DNA of 44,187 nt, the filler included, from Jimgerdemannia flammicorona (Eukaryota), in NCBI GenBank assembly GCA_003990765.1. It is 2 parts of 2 records of this genome, joined end to end, with 100 filler letters (N's around TTAATTAATTAA, not from the genome) between each part and the next. Parts side by side here need not be neighbours in the genome. Positions count along the whole stretch, not along the records: positions 1 to 22,049 come from RBNJ01001344.1; positions 22,150 to 44,187 come from RBNJ01001345.1. One strand, given 5' to 3'. Shown here piece after piece: positions 12,220 through 23,824 of this stretch (position 1 is its first letter; each line of letters begins with the position of its first letter). The notes under the pieces were generated by a model that had not been told where the DNA came from, made no database searches, and was given only the letters and a program-made list of their open reading frames with translations. The position numbers and the translations under genes were made by a program.

Positions 12220-14136
12220 ATGGATGGCAATAATCGAACTGGTGAGCATACTGGCCAGGGGAGTGATGGCACCTTTGGCTGGCAGCAGGTGGGGAGGAGG
12301 GGAGATGGTTTGGGGATGCCAGGGGCCTTGATGGCTAGCCGAGGTCCTGGTGGTAGAGGGAGGGGCAGGCTGAGACAGAGAGGAGGAGAGAGGTTGACCT
12401 TTACTGATAAGGTCAGAATGGGCAAGATGGTCTCAGGCCTTGATGGTTGACTGGGCCTGGGGATGGCGTCAATGGCAGCTACTGGGGGACAGGGAGGTGT
12501 ACTCAGGGGAGTCTCAGGTAGCAGGGGAGGAGCAGGAGTAGGGGCTGGAGATGTGACTGTTGATGGGGCTGTGACTGGGGATCTGGCAAAAAATCCAGAT
12601 GTGACAGCGGTTGGCAATTTGGGACTGGGCATGGGCACGAGGCCCCGGGACCTGACAGATGGAGTGACGGGCATGGTGTCAGCCCTGTTACTCAAGAAGT
12701 CGAGGTCAGAATTCATGGTCACAATGTGCTTCCAGGGCTTGGCAGTGATGGTAAGGATGATTTTAAGGCTGGTGGTGCAGGAGGCTAAGGGTGTAGCGTC
12801 GGTGAAGTTTCTGAGGGGAAAGGAAGGGATTGAGATGGGGTTTGAGGAGGAAGACGCCTTGTTGGCAGCCATGGAGAAGAGGTTGATGGTTGGTGGGGTT
12901 GTGGTCCCTATGGCCTGGTGCATACGCTGGGACCTGTGAGTGGTGCAGTTGATGGTGTTGGATCTCTCTACTGTATCGAAGGAGAGGATAAGGGAGTTGG
13001 TTGTGGCGGCAATCCAGGAGTATGGTGAGATTGTCGATATTGGGTTCAAGGTCTGGGAGGGAACGGAGCTTCAAACTAGTGATGTGGATGTCAGGGTAAG
13101 GCTGGCTGGGAAGGAGAATATGGGGAAGTCAAGGGACTGGCCAGCAATGTTGAGGTGGGGACTGGTGGAGTGTAAGATCACAAGGGTGAAGGAGACCCAG
13201 GAGGAGGAGGAGGACCTGTTAGAGGCTCTGAAGGATCTGGAAGGTGTGGTTGCGAGGAGGAGATTGGCCTGGGAGGAGTTTGAGGCCAGGATGGTAGTGG
13301 GGGAGGTGGATGGGAAGAGGGTCCAGATGGAGAAGGGGGCCTGGGAGAAGATGCAGGGGAGGTGGATCCAGAAGGAGCTGTTGGCAAAGTTGAGTGGGAG
13401 TAGGGCTGGTGGAAGCTCAGGGGAGGGAGTTGCTGGGTTGCAGGAGAGCGCCTGGGCTGAGGGGGGAGAGATGGCCCAGGGCAGGGCTCAGATTGGAGTG
13501 GGGGAGAAGAAGGAGGGCAATTTGGAAGCAGATGCCAAAATGGGTGAGGGTGTGCACCCTCAGTATAGTGATCCAGATGGAGTGGAGGGGGAGGAGGAGC
13601 TGATGGATGTGCCAGATGAAGAGTGGGATGAGTCAGTGAGGAGGAGCGTGCTGGTGGACCCTGAGGTGGATGGGGGATGAATCGCCCAGGGTGCGGCTGA
13701 GGCGGTGGATGAGGAGAAGTAGATGTGGAAGACCCTGGAAGGGGTAGTGGCTGAAGAGCTAGGGGGTGAGGACTTCTGGGTGATGGAGGAGAGGCACTGG
13801 GAGGAGATCCTACAGGAGGAGGAGGTGCTGAGGAAGATGAGGAATGAGATCCTAGCTGTCCTCCTGGAGTTAGTTGAATATCAAGTTGATGGTCAGCAGG
13901 AGGAGGAACTTAGGAAGATTGCAAGTGACAGGGCACTCTTTTTGTGGAACTCAAGGAAGGGACTGGTGAAGTGGCGCGCAGTCTGCTTGGACTACCGGGC
14001 GGATATGGAGGAAGTGGACAGGGTGGAATGTCAGGAAATCTTGGGGGCACTGGATGCTCAGGATATCACAGAGGGTGACTTGGAAGCTGAACAGTACTTG
14101 GATCTGGCAGGAGATGAGATGAGCATGGAATTATAG
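12220..14136 (+). pseudogene. LINE ORF1 (Gly-rich N-terminus, RRM-like core, acidic helical C-terminus), with in-frame stops
   Basis: In-frame ORF pieces 12220-12450, 12463-12939, 12940-13680 and 13723-14136, separated only by TGA/TAG stops; IQEYGEIVDIGFKVWEGTELQTSDVDVRVRL. Confidence 0.8.
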
Positions 14137-14167
14137 GTTGGGGTCTTTGTTGTAACATTCCTTCAAT

Positions 14168-17100
14168 ATGAACAGTACAACTAGGATATTCTCGCTGAAT
14201 GTTAATAGGTTACAGGGGGTGGCTAGGAGGAAGTATATTTGGTTGGCTTAAGGGACTGGATGTGGACCTCTTTTTGTTGCAGGATGTTCATTATGAGGCT
14301 GATGTGGACTTACAGAATTGGACTAGGGAATGGGGGGGTGAGGCATTTTGGAGGGGGAAAGTGGGTATTCTTATTCAGAAAGGGATGGGGAACATTGGGG
14401 ACATTGGACATTGGGGGTCTTGGGTGGTGTGGGGAGTGTGGAAGAGGCCTGGATGGGGCCCACTGATGGTTGGGTCTTGTTACTGCCCAGCTGAGAGAGG
14501 GGAGAGAGTGGATTGGATTTATCGATTGAATGAGGCTGGAGTATTAGGAGGAGTTGGACTGGACTGTTTGGGGGGTGACTTCAATATGGTAAGGGATAGG
14601 AGGTTGGACAGAACTGATGGTGGGAGAGGCATGCAGGGTGAGAGTGGTGGGTTGGGTGACTGGTTGGAGACAGAGAGGTTGAGCTCTCTAGTGGACTCAG
14701 AGAGACATTTTTGGACTGATTGGTGGGTATACACCCACTGGGTGGCAGGGCTGGGCTCCAGGATTGACTGGGTTCTAACAGCAGAGTGTTGGGGAGCAGA
14801 TGTCTGGTCAGGGCTGGAAGTTGTATGGTGTCTGTGGTCTGATCACTGGGGGCTACTTGGAGGGGGGAGGTTTGGGGAAAATGAGAATAGGCCTGGACAT
14901 TGGCAGCTAAATTCTTTCTTGTTGGAGGATAGGGGGTTGTGGGAGGGTTGGGAAACAGAGGTGGTGGGTAATATCGGCAGGTGGCAAGAATAAGGACTGG
15001 AGATTGGTGACCGCTGGAGAAGACTGAAGGCGAATGCTCAGAGGTATTGGAGGGAAGCTGGGAAAGGAAAATGTACCCAGTGAAGGCAGTGGGTGTGGTG
15101 GGCCTCACGGCATCTGGCAATACTCATGGAAAGATGGGTAGGTGTGCTGGAGGATGGGGACGTGACTGATTGGCATATTGTGAGAATCTGGCAGGAGGTG
15201 GAGGAGCTTAAAGGGGTGCTACGAAGAGAGGAGGAGGAGCAGTTGCAGGGAATGGTGGCCTGCCTGTGGTGGCAGGGGCTTGAGGAGGGGGAGAGGCCAA
15301 CTAGGTTCCTGTCATGGTTGTTACAAGCATGACGAATGAGGCAGCAGTGGGAGGGGGTTTTGGATGTGGACAGTGAGCTGATGGTAGGGACTCTGGTGAT
15401 TCTGGGACTATTGTGAACCTGGTGGGAGAATCTTTGGAGTGAGGAGGAAGGAGGATTAGATGCTCTGGATGTTGAAAGGCAGCTGGGGGATTGGTACCTG
15501 AACCCTGTGATGGGACTTGGGGCATTGGGGGACCCAGTAAGTGGTGAGGAAATTTGCAGAGTTGTGGCCTCAATGAGTAAAGGGACAGTCCCGGGAGAGG
15601 ATGGACTTTCCTGGGATTTTTGGCAGAAGATGACTGGGGTGGGTGAGATACTAGAGGAAATGACAGCTATGTGCGATGGAGTTCTTCGGTCTGGTGTTTG
15701 GATTGGGGGACAGTACCTAGGGCTAGTCTCCTTGCTCTATAAGAATAAGAGAAGGTGAGAGGACTGGAAGAACTGGCAGCCAATTATGCTTCTCGACATG
15801 GACCACAAACTGGTGACGAAAATTTTGGTGGTGAGACTGCAAGGTATTGCTCAGCAGGTGCTTGGTGTGGAACAGTGTGGGTTTGTCAGTAGTCAGTTGA
15901 TTCGAGATGGGACAGCCTGGGTTCATGGAGTGATTGAAGATGCCTGGGCAGCAGGGGTGGATGGCAGGTTGGTGTTTCTGGACCAAGAGAAGGCTTATGA
16001 TAGGGAGTGGAGAATATGGCTGGAGGGTGTGCTGAAATGGATTGGTATCCCTCAAGGGTTCCGAGGATCATTGATCAGTCTCTTGGAGGATAGTCAGGTG
16101 GCATTGGTCATCAATGGCCACAGGGGGGTGACCTTTCCCCTGGGATGTGGGGTACTACAAGGGGACCCCTTGTTACCCATTTTGTATGCCCTTTCCCTGG
16201 AGCCACTCCTGGACAGAATTCGGCATCAGATTGAAGGTTTGGACATTTTAGGGGTTAACTGGAAGGTGGGGGCCTTTGCTGATGATATGGTGGTCGGGCT
16301 GGGCTCCTTGGTGGATGTGGGAGAGTTACAGAGGACTGTGGAATAGTATGAGAGGGGTTCTAGTGCTAAGCTAAACTGGCACAAATGCGAGACACTGGTG
16401 CTGGGCACTGGAATTGTTGGTGGCGATGTCATTGGGACAGTGGTACCGGCTGGTGAACCGGTTCATTACTTGGGGATCTACTTCTCGGTGTTTGGATCTC
16501 TTCTTCCCCGAGCATGGTGGGATCATAAACTTCTGGAGTGGGGTAATGTTTTGCTGCATTGGGGAGGCTGGCATATGTCTCTAGCTGGGAGAGTGATGGT
16601 GTTGAATCTATACTGGATGCTGAAGCTGTGGTATGTTGGATATCATTTGGATTTCCCAGCCTGGGTGGTCAAGGGGCTGTTGAAGATGGTGAGATCATAG
16701 ATCTGGGGAGGGTGGCAAAGCCAGGTTGGTTGGGAGGTGCTCACACTGCCCTTGGAGAGAGGTGGGCTGGGCTTAGTAGACTTTACTAAGTGGCTTCTTT
16801 GTCTGAGAGCCTGGTGGCTGTGAAGGGTGAGCAAGCTTCAGGGTCAGGAGTGGGTGCCACTCATGTAGAGATTATGAGAGGTTTGGTACTCTCCACATGG
16901 TGGTTCTGGTGATTTGCTCACAATGGTGGCCATGGAGGGGAGCAGGAGGATGCAGTTTATGGGCTTTTGGTGGGGGGTGGTAGATGGTGCTAAGAAAATT
17001 GGACTTCGGTGGTGAGATGATGAAGCTGAGGAGGTTTGGGGCCTGCAGATGTGGCAGTGAGACAGGCTTCTACTGGGTGGCATTCTGGTGGAGAACTTTC

Positions 17101-17828
17101 AGCTTGGCGAGGGTCTGGAGAGTCTGCGAGGCCTGGGTAGAGACCTGTGGCCAGAAGTCTGGCAGAGGGTTGGAATTGGTGAGGAGTGGGATTGGAATGG
17201 CCTCTGGCATTAGAGCAAATGGGTGAGGCAGTGGCTGCCCCCCAAGTTCTGGGTGGTGTGGTGGCGAGTCCTACAGAGGAATATGATGTTGAACTATCGG
17301 TCGGGACACTTGGTGGCCAGTGGAGTATTTAAGTGTGAGGATTGTTTCAATGTTGGTCAGGAGGGAGGAGTGATACAAACACCTGAACATTGGCTTGGCG
17401 AATGTGAGGTTTTGGAGAAGTTCTGGAGATGTATTATGGACTAGGTGGGGCTGGGTGCTATAGAGAGAAAGGGAGGGGGGAGATGGGGAGAGCTTCGCTG
17501 GAGACTGGTGGGTGGGGTTGGGGATGAATGGCTGACCCTTAGTTGGGCTTTGGCTATGTGGGTTGGGTTGGCTGGGCACTGGGTTCATGTCTTTGAAGAA
17601 GGGCATCAGGTCAGGGTTGGTGAAAAGGTAGCCCATTGGGAATGGTTGCTGTTGGACATTTTGAATAGCTGGTGGCAAGGATGGGGAGTGGGTGGGGGGA
17701 ACCACAGAGGTCTGGTGCAGTGTATATCTCAGAAGAGTAGTGGGAGGATTCGGGTCATTGGTAATTGGGTAGTGCTCAGGCAGGGGGAGGTTGAGGAGGG
17801 GGGGTTGGGTCCCCAGGGTATTGATTGA
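14168..17828 (+). pseudogene. LINE ORF2: apurinic endonuclease, reverse transcriptase and C-terminal CCHC
   Basis: SLNVN, LLQDVH, GGDFN, SRIDW, SDH (APE); HWQLNSFLL, EGERPTRF, PGEDGL, LDQEKAYDR, QGDPL, FADD, YLGI, GGLGL (L1/Tx1 RT); CEDC...EHWLGEC. Confidence 0.92.
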
Positions 17829-20248
17829 GGGTGGGGGAGATATTGTATTGTTAACAATATAGACTTCAGTAATAAAGGGCAGTCCAAGAGACTATAAAAA
17901 AAAAAAAAAAAAAAAACTATTATATCTGACCAAGATACCAAGTTTACAAGCAACTTCTAGAAGGTATTCTTCTCTCTCTATAGAACTAAGCTGAAGTTCT
18001 TTACTACTTACTACTCTTAGACTAATTGTCAGACCAAGTGAACTAATAGGACCCTCAAGCAGATATTCAGCATCTTCTGCTGTTACAAGTAGAATAATTG
18101 AGACAAGTATCTAGCCCATGCCAAGTTTGTCTATAAAAATAGCCAGCAAACCTCTATGAAGAAGACCTCATTCTTCCTGAAACATAGTCAATACTCAAGG
18201 ACCTCAAGTACTCCTGTGAAATTAGTAGTTCCAGCAGCTCAAGATTTGGCTAAGACTATTTCTGACTTTATGCAAATGATAAGAGATATTCTTATAGAAG
18301 TACAGGACTACCAGACTAAGTATACAAACTTAAAGTAAAGAGAAGTCTCCTATAATATTGGTGACATAGTTATGCTTAGAACAGACCATCTCTATCTAGA
18401 TACTCTGGTATAGTAACTATTCAAGAAACTCTATGCTTGAAGAATTGGACCCTATAAGATTGTGGAAAAAGTCAGAAAAGTCAACTACAAGTTGTAACTC
18501 TCTTATAATATTCAAGTATATCTGGCATTCCATATCAGCCAATTGGTAGACTATTATGAGAACTTATTCTCTGAGTATACAGTTCTACCACTATCCCTAA
18601 TTAGGATCAATGACTATGAGGAATTCAAAATTGAGAAAGTGTACTTAACCACAAGGTCTACAAATATGCCAAAACAGTCAAGTGGTTTTTCCTTATTAAG
18701 TGGAAAGGTTACCCCACCCATGATGCTACCTGAAAAAAAGAAGAAATGCTAAAGAATGTATAAAGCTCTTCAGGACTATATAGAAATACTCACCCCCAGC
18801 AGAGAAAGAAACTATAGCTCTAAAATTTAGAGTACATAGCAAAAGAAGAAGATATCATATTTATATAAGATATACAATACTGAATATTACAGAAAAAAAG
18901 AACAACTATAATTAATCAATAATAGAATACTCAGGCAAAGAACAACTCAGCAAGATACAGCAAAACATATTTGAACAATTCTATTTCACACCATCTGTAT
19001 CATCTCTACTGGAGAATGACAGATACTTCATATAGAACTTAAGAAAGCCAATGACATCAAAACCAATCAAAGTCTATCTACATGATAGATATTGTTATTA
19101 AAAATTATCTCAGATTATAAGAAATACTATTTCTGAGAGGTTTGAATCCCAGCCACAACAATAGGAGCCCTTGCCTTAGACAAAGATGGTTAGTCCTCAC
19201 AAATATATCAACAAGATAAAAAAAAAAAAAATGGACTAAGATCTATCCATTCTGTATAACTATATTTATAATATAGTGATATATTTAAAATTAGAATTTT
19301 CTCATATGACTAGTACATGTCCTGCTTACAGCAATAAGTCATACATTCTACTGGAAAATGTGATCAAATTAAAGTCATATCAGATAGATTAATAAATATA
19401 AATACCTTGGGCTGAAGCATACTACAACTTCCATCCCCCTCTTCTCTCTCTAAAGAAAAGATAAGATAAGAATGTCAGCTATCTGCTGCCAAATAGCCCA
19501 CTATAGCCAGCCTCTCTCAAGCCAGGTTGACCACCTTTTTGGACACATTCAGGTCACTATCCAAGGAAGGAACTGCTGCTCTAAGATCCTTAACCTCTTT
19601 AGCCAGGACCTAGGACAGTATGTCCTTGACTACTGTGAAGTCATCAAAAGGACCTACCTTGCTATCAGCTGCCTAGAAATCTAGTATAAATAAAAAATTG
19701 TCCATCAACTTCTTAATATATAAATGACCTACCTACTGATCAGACCTCAGACTGGACCAACCTAGTAGGTATAAGCAAAGACTAGATAAGAAGGTCTATC
19801 AAATTATGTACTATACACTCTTTACAATTTCCAATCTCAACTATGTACAACTGAAAGACTTTCAGAACCTCTCATTCTTTGAGATTGTTAAGCTGGAAAT
19901 CAAGATTATCCAAGAAGCCAACTTCTGGATTACTTTCAAATCCACTAATTATAAATCTCACTGGAGCTCTCTCTTATATAACAATCTAGACCAATGGCTC
20001 TAAGGTCTCTCTGATCTTTTTGAAGAACTGCCTATCTGAATAGATATTTCTAGGCATAAGGAATAAGAACTCAACTTAGATGGTCTCAATTATATTAGAT
20101 GGAGAACTCTTACTTCAATATCTATATTAGTTTAAGAACTATTTGTAGACCTCATTGACTTCTCTATCTTAGATATTGAGTCATCAGCAACTATCCCTCT
20201 AGCCACTAGAGGAGAAGATAATAATACTGATTTTTAAGAAGAGAAAGA

Positions 20249-20933
20249 TATAATAGAACAAGATATAATGAATGAGTGAACAGATGAGATATGATATATG
20301 AATGATATAAATAATATGAAAAATAATATCTAGCTTATCTATAGCAATTGCTACTACAGCAATCAGTGCTGCAGTAACTCAGATCATTACCTAATAATTG
20401 AGGTTCTAATTATAAAGTATTTTTGTTCACAAACTACCTGACAAAGGTTGTGATCACAAATCTCACCATAGTTATCTTATATTTAGTCAGAAATCACAGA
20501 CCAACTTATATAAATACTCCCTAGTTTCTATCCAAAATAAAGGAGTTTTAGTTCAGTCCTTGATATAAGAATCAAGTCACCTTCCATATACATACATTTC
20601 TCTGAGTCTTAGTAATGATATTTAAGTAATACTAGTATTTCTAACTAAGCTCCAGAAGTCTAGCTAACTTCTGTCAGAACTGAGACCAGTATATAAATTA
20701 CAAAGACTTAAGTAAACCTATTGAATTTGAATTCTAAGGCAAATTCAGTCTATGTATAGCAAAGAACAAATCTCTTATAACCACAGTTGAAAAGAAGGAT
20801 ATTACTACTATAACTACTTTTAAGTGAGTGCTTCCTCAAACTGAAGACTTCTTGATATATATTATATACTAAGTCTCTTTGTTTTCCCAATTATCCAAAG
20901 GATAAGAGAGGGGTAGAAATAAGAGTTATTATA
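20249..20933 (+). repeat. 3' LTR of the old Gypsy (~685 bp)
   Basis: Preceded by a PPT, matches 8442-9113, followed by a near-TSD. Confidence 0.85.
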
Positions 20934-20982
20934 TTACTACTACTCTTATAAGAGCCTACAGAGCTCTCTCCTATACTATACT

Positions 20983-21630
20983 TATAAGTATATATACTGA
21001 AATCATATATTACCCCCAGATTAAATTTAGAAATTACATACAAGATCATGAAGCTAAGTCAAACTAAAGTTACAGATTACCAAATCTGAATCAGGAAATT
21101 ATCTGATGCTTAGTCAGAAACAAGTCACAAGAACTATAGTAATAACTGTAGTAATAACTATATAGCAATAGCCACAATAACTATAGCAGCCATACTTATA
21201 AATAAAATCTTATATAATATGACTGTATGTTGACTCAGCATAACTAACATACTAATGGCTATTTTAGTTTAGTATTAAATAGTATTAAAATATATAAATA
21301 CTATCTTTTTTTTTGAACTATAAAGTGATACTTCTTTTACTGAGATCAAATTCTATAATAAAGTCAGTTATTGGATTCCTTAATCTACTTCTAGGATTTT
21401 AACATATTTATATAGAGCTCAACCTCTATATGTGAATTAATAATGACCAAAAAGAAAATAGTCTTCTTAAACTTCTAGAAAAACTCTTTCAGAACTATAT
21501 AACATTACTCTAATAAAGTACTTTCTTATAACTTGATAGTAGTAGTTTTTATAATCCAATACTACTTCAAGATACTTTCTCACCTATACTATACTCCTGA
21601 ATACAAATAATAATAGTATATAAATGATGA
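20983..21630 (+). mobile_element. Degraded short 5' LTR, PBS and leader related to the Gypsy at 33429-44054
   Basis: GATCATGAAGCTAAGTCAAAC near the start; the end ...CTTATA-ACTTGATAGTAGTAGTTT..ATCCAAT..CTTCAAGAT mirrors the LTR/PBS junction at 41940-42000. Confidence 0.65.
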
Positions 21631-21638
21631 TAATATAT

Positions 21639-22049
21639 TGTAACAGACCAAAAACGTACCACCTGAATTATAACTTAGCCAGATGATGCGAACAATTAGC
21701 ATACTTACTCAGCATGATGTGACTTCCAGTGTATCATAGTTACTCATGCCCGCCACACTTATAATTAGCCAAGACACCAGATCAGGATTGTTTACCTGTG
21801 TCCTGCGGACACACTCATGTCCTGCGGACACACTCATGTCCTGCGGACACACTCATGTCCTGTGGACACACTCATGTCCTACAGACACACTCATGTCCTG
21901 TGGACACACCTGTACCCAGAGAACACACCCAAACATTACCAAAGATAGCAAATGTATAATTAGCCACATAGTAACCAGATAGCAACCAACTTGTATAAAT
22001 TACCCCAGTGGCGAGAGTGAATAAAACCTCAGTCCGAAAGTTGAATACA
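21639..22049 (+). mobile_element. Gypsy-like LTR, cut by the assembly gap
   Basis: Starts TGTAAC; TATAAAT...AGAGTGAATAAAACCTCAG is similar to the LTR at 25247-25695. Confidence 0.65.
21799..21909 (+). repeat. 19-bp tandem repeat (TGTCCTGCGGACACACTCA), ~6 copies, in LTR U3
   Basis: Read directly; each unit contains a TGTCC/GGACA dyad. Confidence 0.9.
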
Positions 22050-22149
22050 NNNNNNNNNNNNNNNNNNNNNNNNNNNNNNNNNNNNNNNNNNNNTTAATTA
22101 ATTAANNNNNNNNNNNNNNNNNNNNNNNNNNNNNNNNNNNNNNNNNNNN
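22050..22149. other. Assembly gap with artificial six-frame-stop linker
   Basis: 44 N + TTAATTAATTAA (22094-22105) + 44 N. Confidence 0.97.
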
Positions 22150-22189
22150 AAAATGGCATTGCTGATGCTTTATCCCGCACTGATCTTCC

Positions 22190-23254
22190 TTGTTTCCATC
22201 GTCTTGCCCCTTACACTCAGACGCTTCTGACTGCGATTGGTATCATTTGCATTCCGCGCTTCCACCCATCATTGCCTTCTTTTTGTGGTTTGGACTGGCA
22301 AAATCAATGCGCCACTCATACTCTTCAGGACAATGCAGCTTCCTCCAATTCTGCAATCTCCATGGCGGTAATTATGCCTCCGGCAGGCCTTTGCCCACAT
22401 CCGAACTGGTGCTAATGCGGTGGGTCTGTAGCTTGGCCTTGCGATGGCTTCAACCATCCACAATCAAATGTTACCTCTCAGCTGTTCATTCTCTACACAT
22501 TGACTCCGGTTTTGCCAATCCATTCATCAGTCTTCACCAACTTCCCCGAGTGATGCATGGCATGAAGCGGTGGCTAGGCATATGCCCAACTCGACCTCGG
22601 CTTCCTATCATGCTTGGTATTCTTCACAGTCTTATCAGTTTGCTTCAGCTATCTGATTATGATGATCTGCATCTTGCGACCACGATGTTACTTGCATATG
22701 TCGGCTTTCTTCGCTCCGGCGAATTTATGTGGGATGGGTCTTTCGATCCCGTTTCCCAGCTGTCCCGCGGCTCTGTGGTCTTTTAACCTAGCATTGCCGA
22801 CCCCACCCATATTACGCTCACCCTGCCGGCCTCTAAAACAGACCCGTTTTGCCAGGGTGCAATACTTTTTATTGCCAAAACGGATCCCGCCATGCCATGC
22901 ATTGTATCCTTACTTCGCCTTCTTTACCTGGCGCACCCAGCCCCACCCGACACCCCTCTGTTCCGGCGTTCCACGAATCGATCATTCTCTCGGGTCTATC
23001 TCATTAGTCGTCTTTGTATGTTACTTTCACAGATTGGTCTGAATCCACTTCTTTATGCCGGGCATAGTTTTCGGATTAGTGCAACATCCGATGCCGCTGC
23101 GGCCGGTTTATTCGATTACGAGATTCAGATGTTGGGTCGGTGGGAGAGCGTGGCATTTAAAGGCTATATTCACATGCCTATTTCTCACATTCTCCACCTT
23201 CAGGCTTCATTAACTCGTAATACTTGTTCTGTTACTCATATTACTTGCGATTAA
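22190..23254 (+). pseudogene. Tyrosine recombinase (DIRS/Ngaro type), one in-frame TAA at 22784
   Basis: STIKCYLSAV, RLPI, GFLRSGE (R), SKTDPF (K), GHSFRI (HxxR), LGRWES, GYI (Y). Confidence 0.93.
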
Positions 23255-23278
23255 CGATTTCCCGTTCCTTTTTTTCTA

Positions 23279-23644
23279 CCGCATAGCCCGCGACACCAGC
23301 TTATTCCGGGTCCCACGTGGCATGTGACACCAGCCTTTACCTCTCCTCATCAGCCTTACATTACCGCGTGGCTCGCGACACCAGCCTTTAATCCACCCAC
23401 CTCTGCCTCTTGCCACCGTGTAGTTCGTGATACCAACCTTTTCCAACATTGTGCGGCTTGCGACACCAGCCCTCCTTCTTTTTGTTATCGCGCAGCTCGT
23501 GACATCAGCCTACTCAGACCCCCATGCAACTCGTGACATCAGTTCTATCCCTCGATCGCTGGGCTCGTTAAATCAGCTTCTTGGCTGTCGCATGATTCGC
23601 GACACCTGCCCTCGGTTTTAACCGCGCGGCTCGCGACACCAGCC
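23279..23644 (+). repeat. Array of ten 23-bp repeats (consensus CCGCGYGGCTCGCGACACCAGCC) with unique 9-29-nt spacers
   Basis: Copies start at 23279, 23313, 23364, 23416, 23449, 23488, 23522, 23556, 23588 and 23622. Confidence 0.85.
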
Positions 23645-23824
23645 ATATCATCGACATTGGGCGCAGCCTTTCTATTAAGCCTTCGGCACCTTTCTATCAT
23701 CTACTCCGCTCACATTTCTATATCTATAACCCCCTTTTTACTTCATTTGGGCCAAGTTCTTTCTTTCGGTGCTGCTAACTCACACTGCTACACATCATCA
23801 TCCTGCACATTTTACATATAACAT

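Larger units (their letters stand above)
12141..17916 (+). mobile_element. Full-length L1/Tx1-type non-LTR retrotransposon
   Basis: ORF1 plus APE-RT ORF2; AATAAA at 17871; A21 tail 17896-17916; 18-bp TSD ACTATT(G/A)TATCTGACCAA at 12117-12134 and 17916-17933. Confidence 0.95.
9700..18760 (+). pseudogene. pol: Gypsy pol remnant: protease, RT, RNase H, integrase (split by the LINE), chromodomain
   Basis: ILLDSSVTGNYIS (PR); FGAPIIFIKKKNG..IDYRALNKITIKN and MYIDGILIYS (RT); KTNHVADGFTR (RH); QITIDFIIQL, TIVSDQ|DTKFTSNF (IN); EEFKIEKV..LIKWKGYPTHDAT (chromodomain). Confidence 0.9.
8442..20933 (+). mobile_element. Old Ty3/Gypsy chromovirus (gag deleted), interrupted by a LINE
   Basis: LTR pair 8442-~9113 and 20249-20933 with decayed termini TATAAT...ATTATA; PPT AAGAAGAGAAAGA before 20249; TSD CTACT (8437-8441) / TTACT (20934-20938); pol motifs between the LTRs. 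Confidence 0.85.

Noticed and set aside
12144..13049. 301-aa antisense ORF and similar Ser/Pro/Thr-rich ORFs (5791-6249, 7949-8269, 32630-32902)
   Set aside because: Shadow frames of the G-rich LINE ORF1; low complexity and no independent motifs.
22190..23254. Phage integrase, bacterial contamination or Crypton
   Set aside because: It overlaps an RNase H C-terminus and is followed by split direct repeats, which fits DIRS/Ngaro.
23279..23644. True CRISPR array
   Set aside because: Spacers are mostly 9-11 nt and uneven, repeats are degenerate, there are no cas genes, and it lies inside a retrotransposon; kept as a non-CRISPR array finding.
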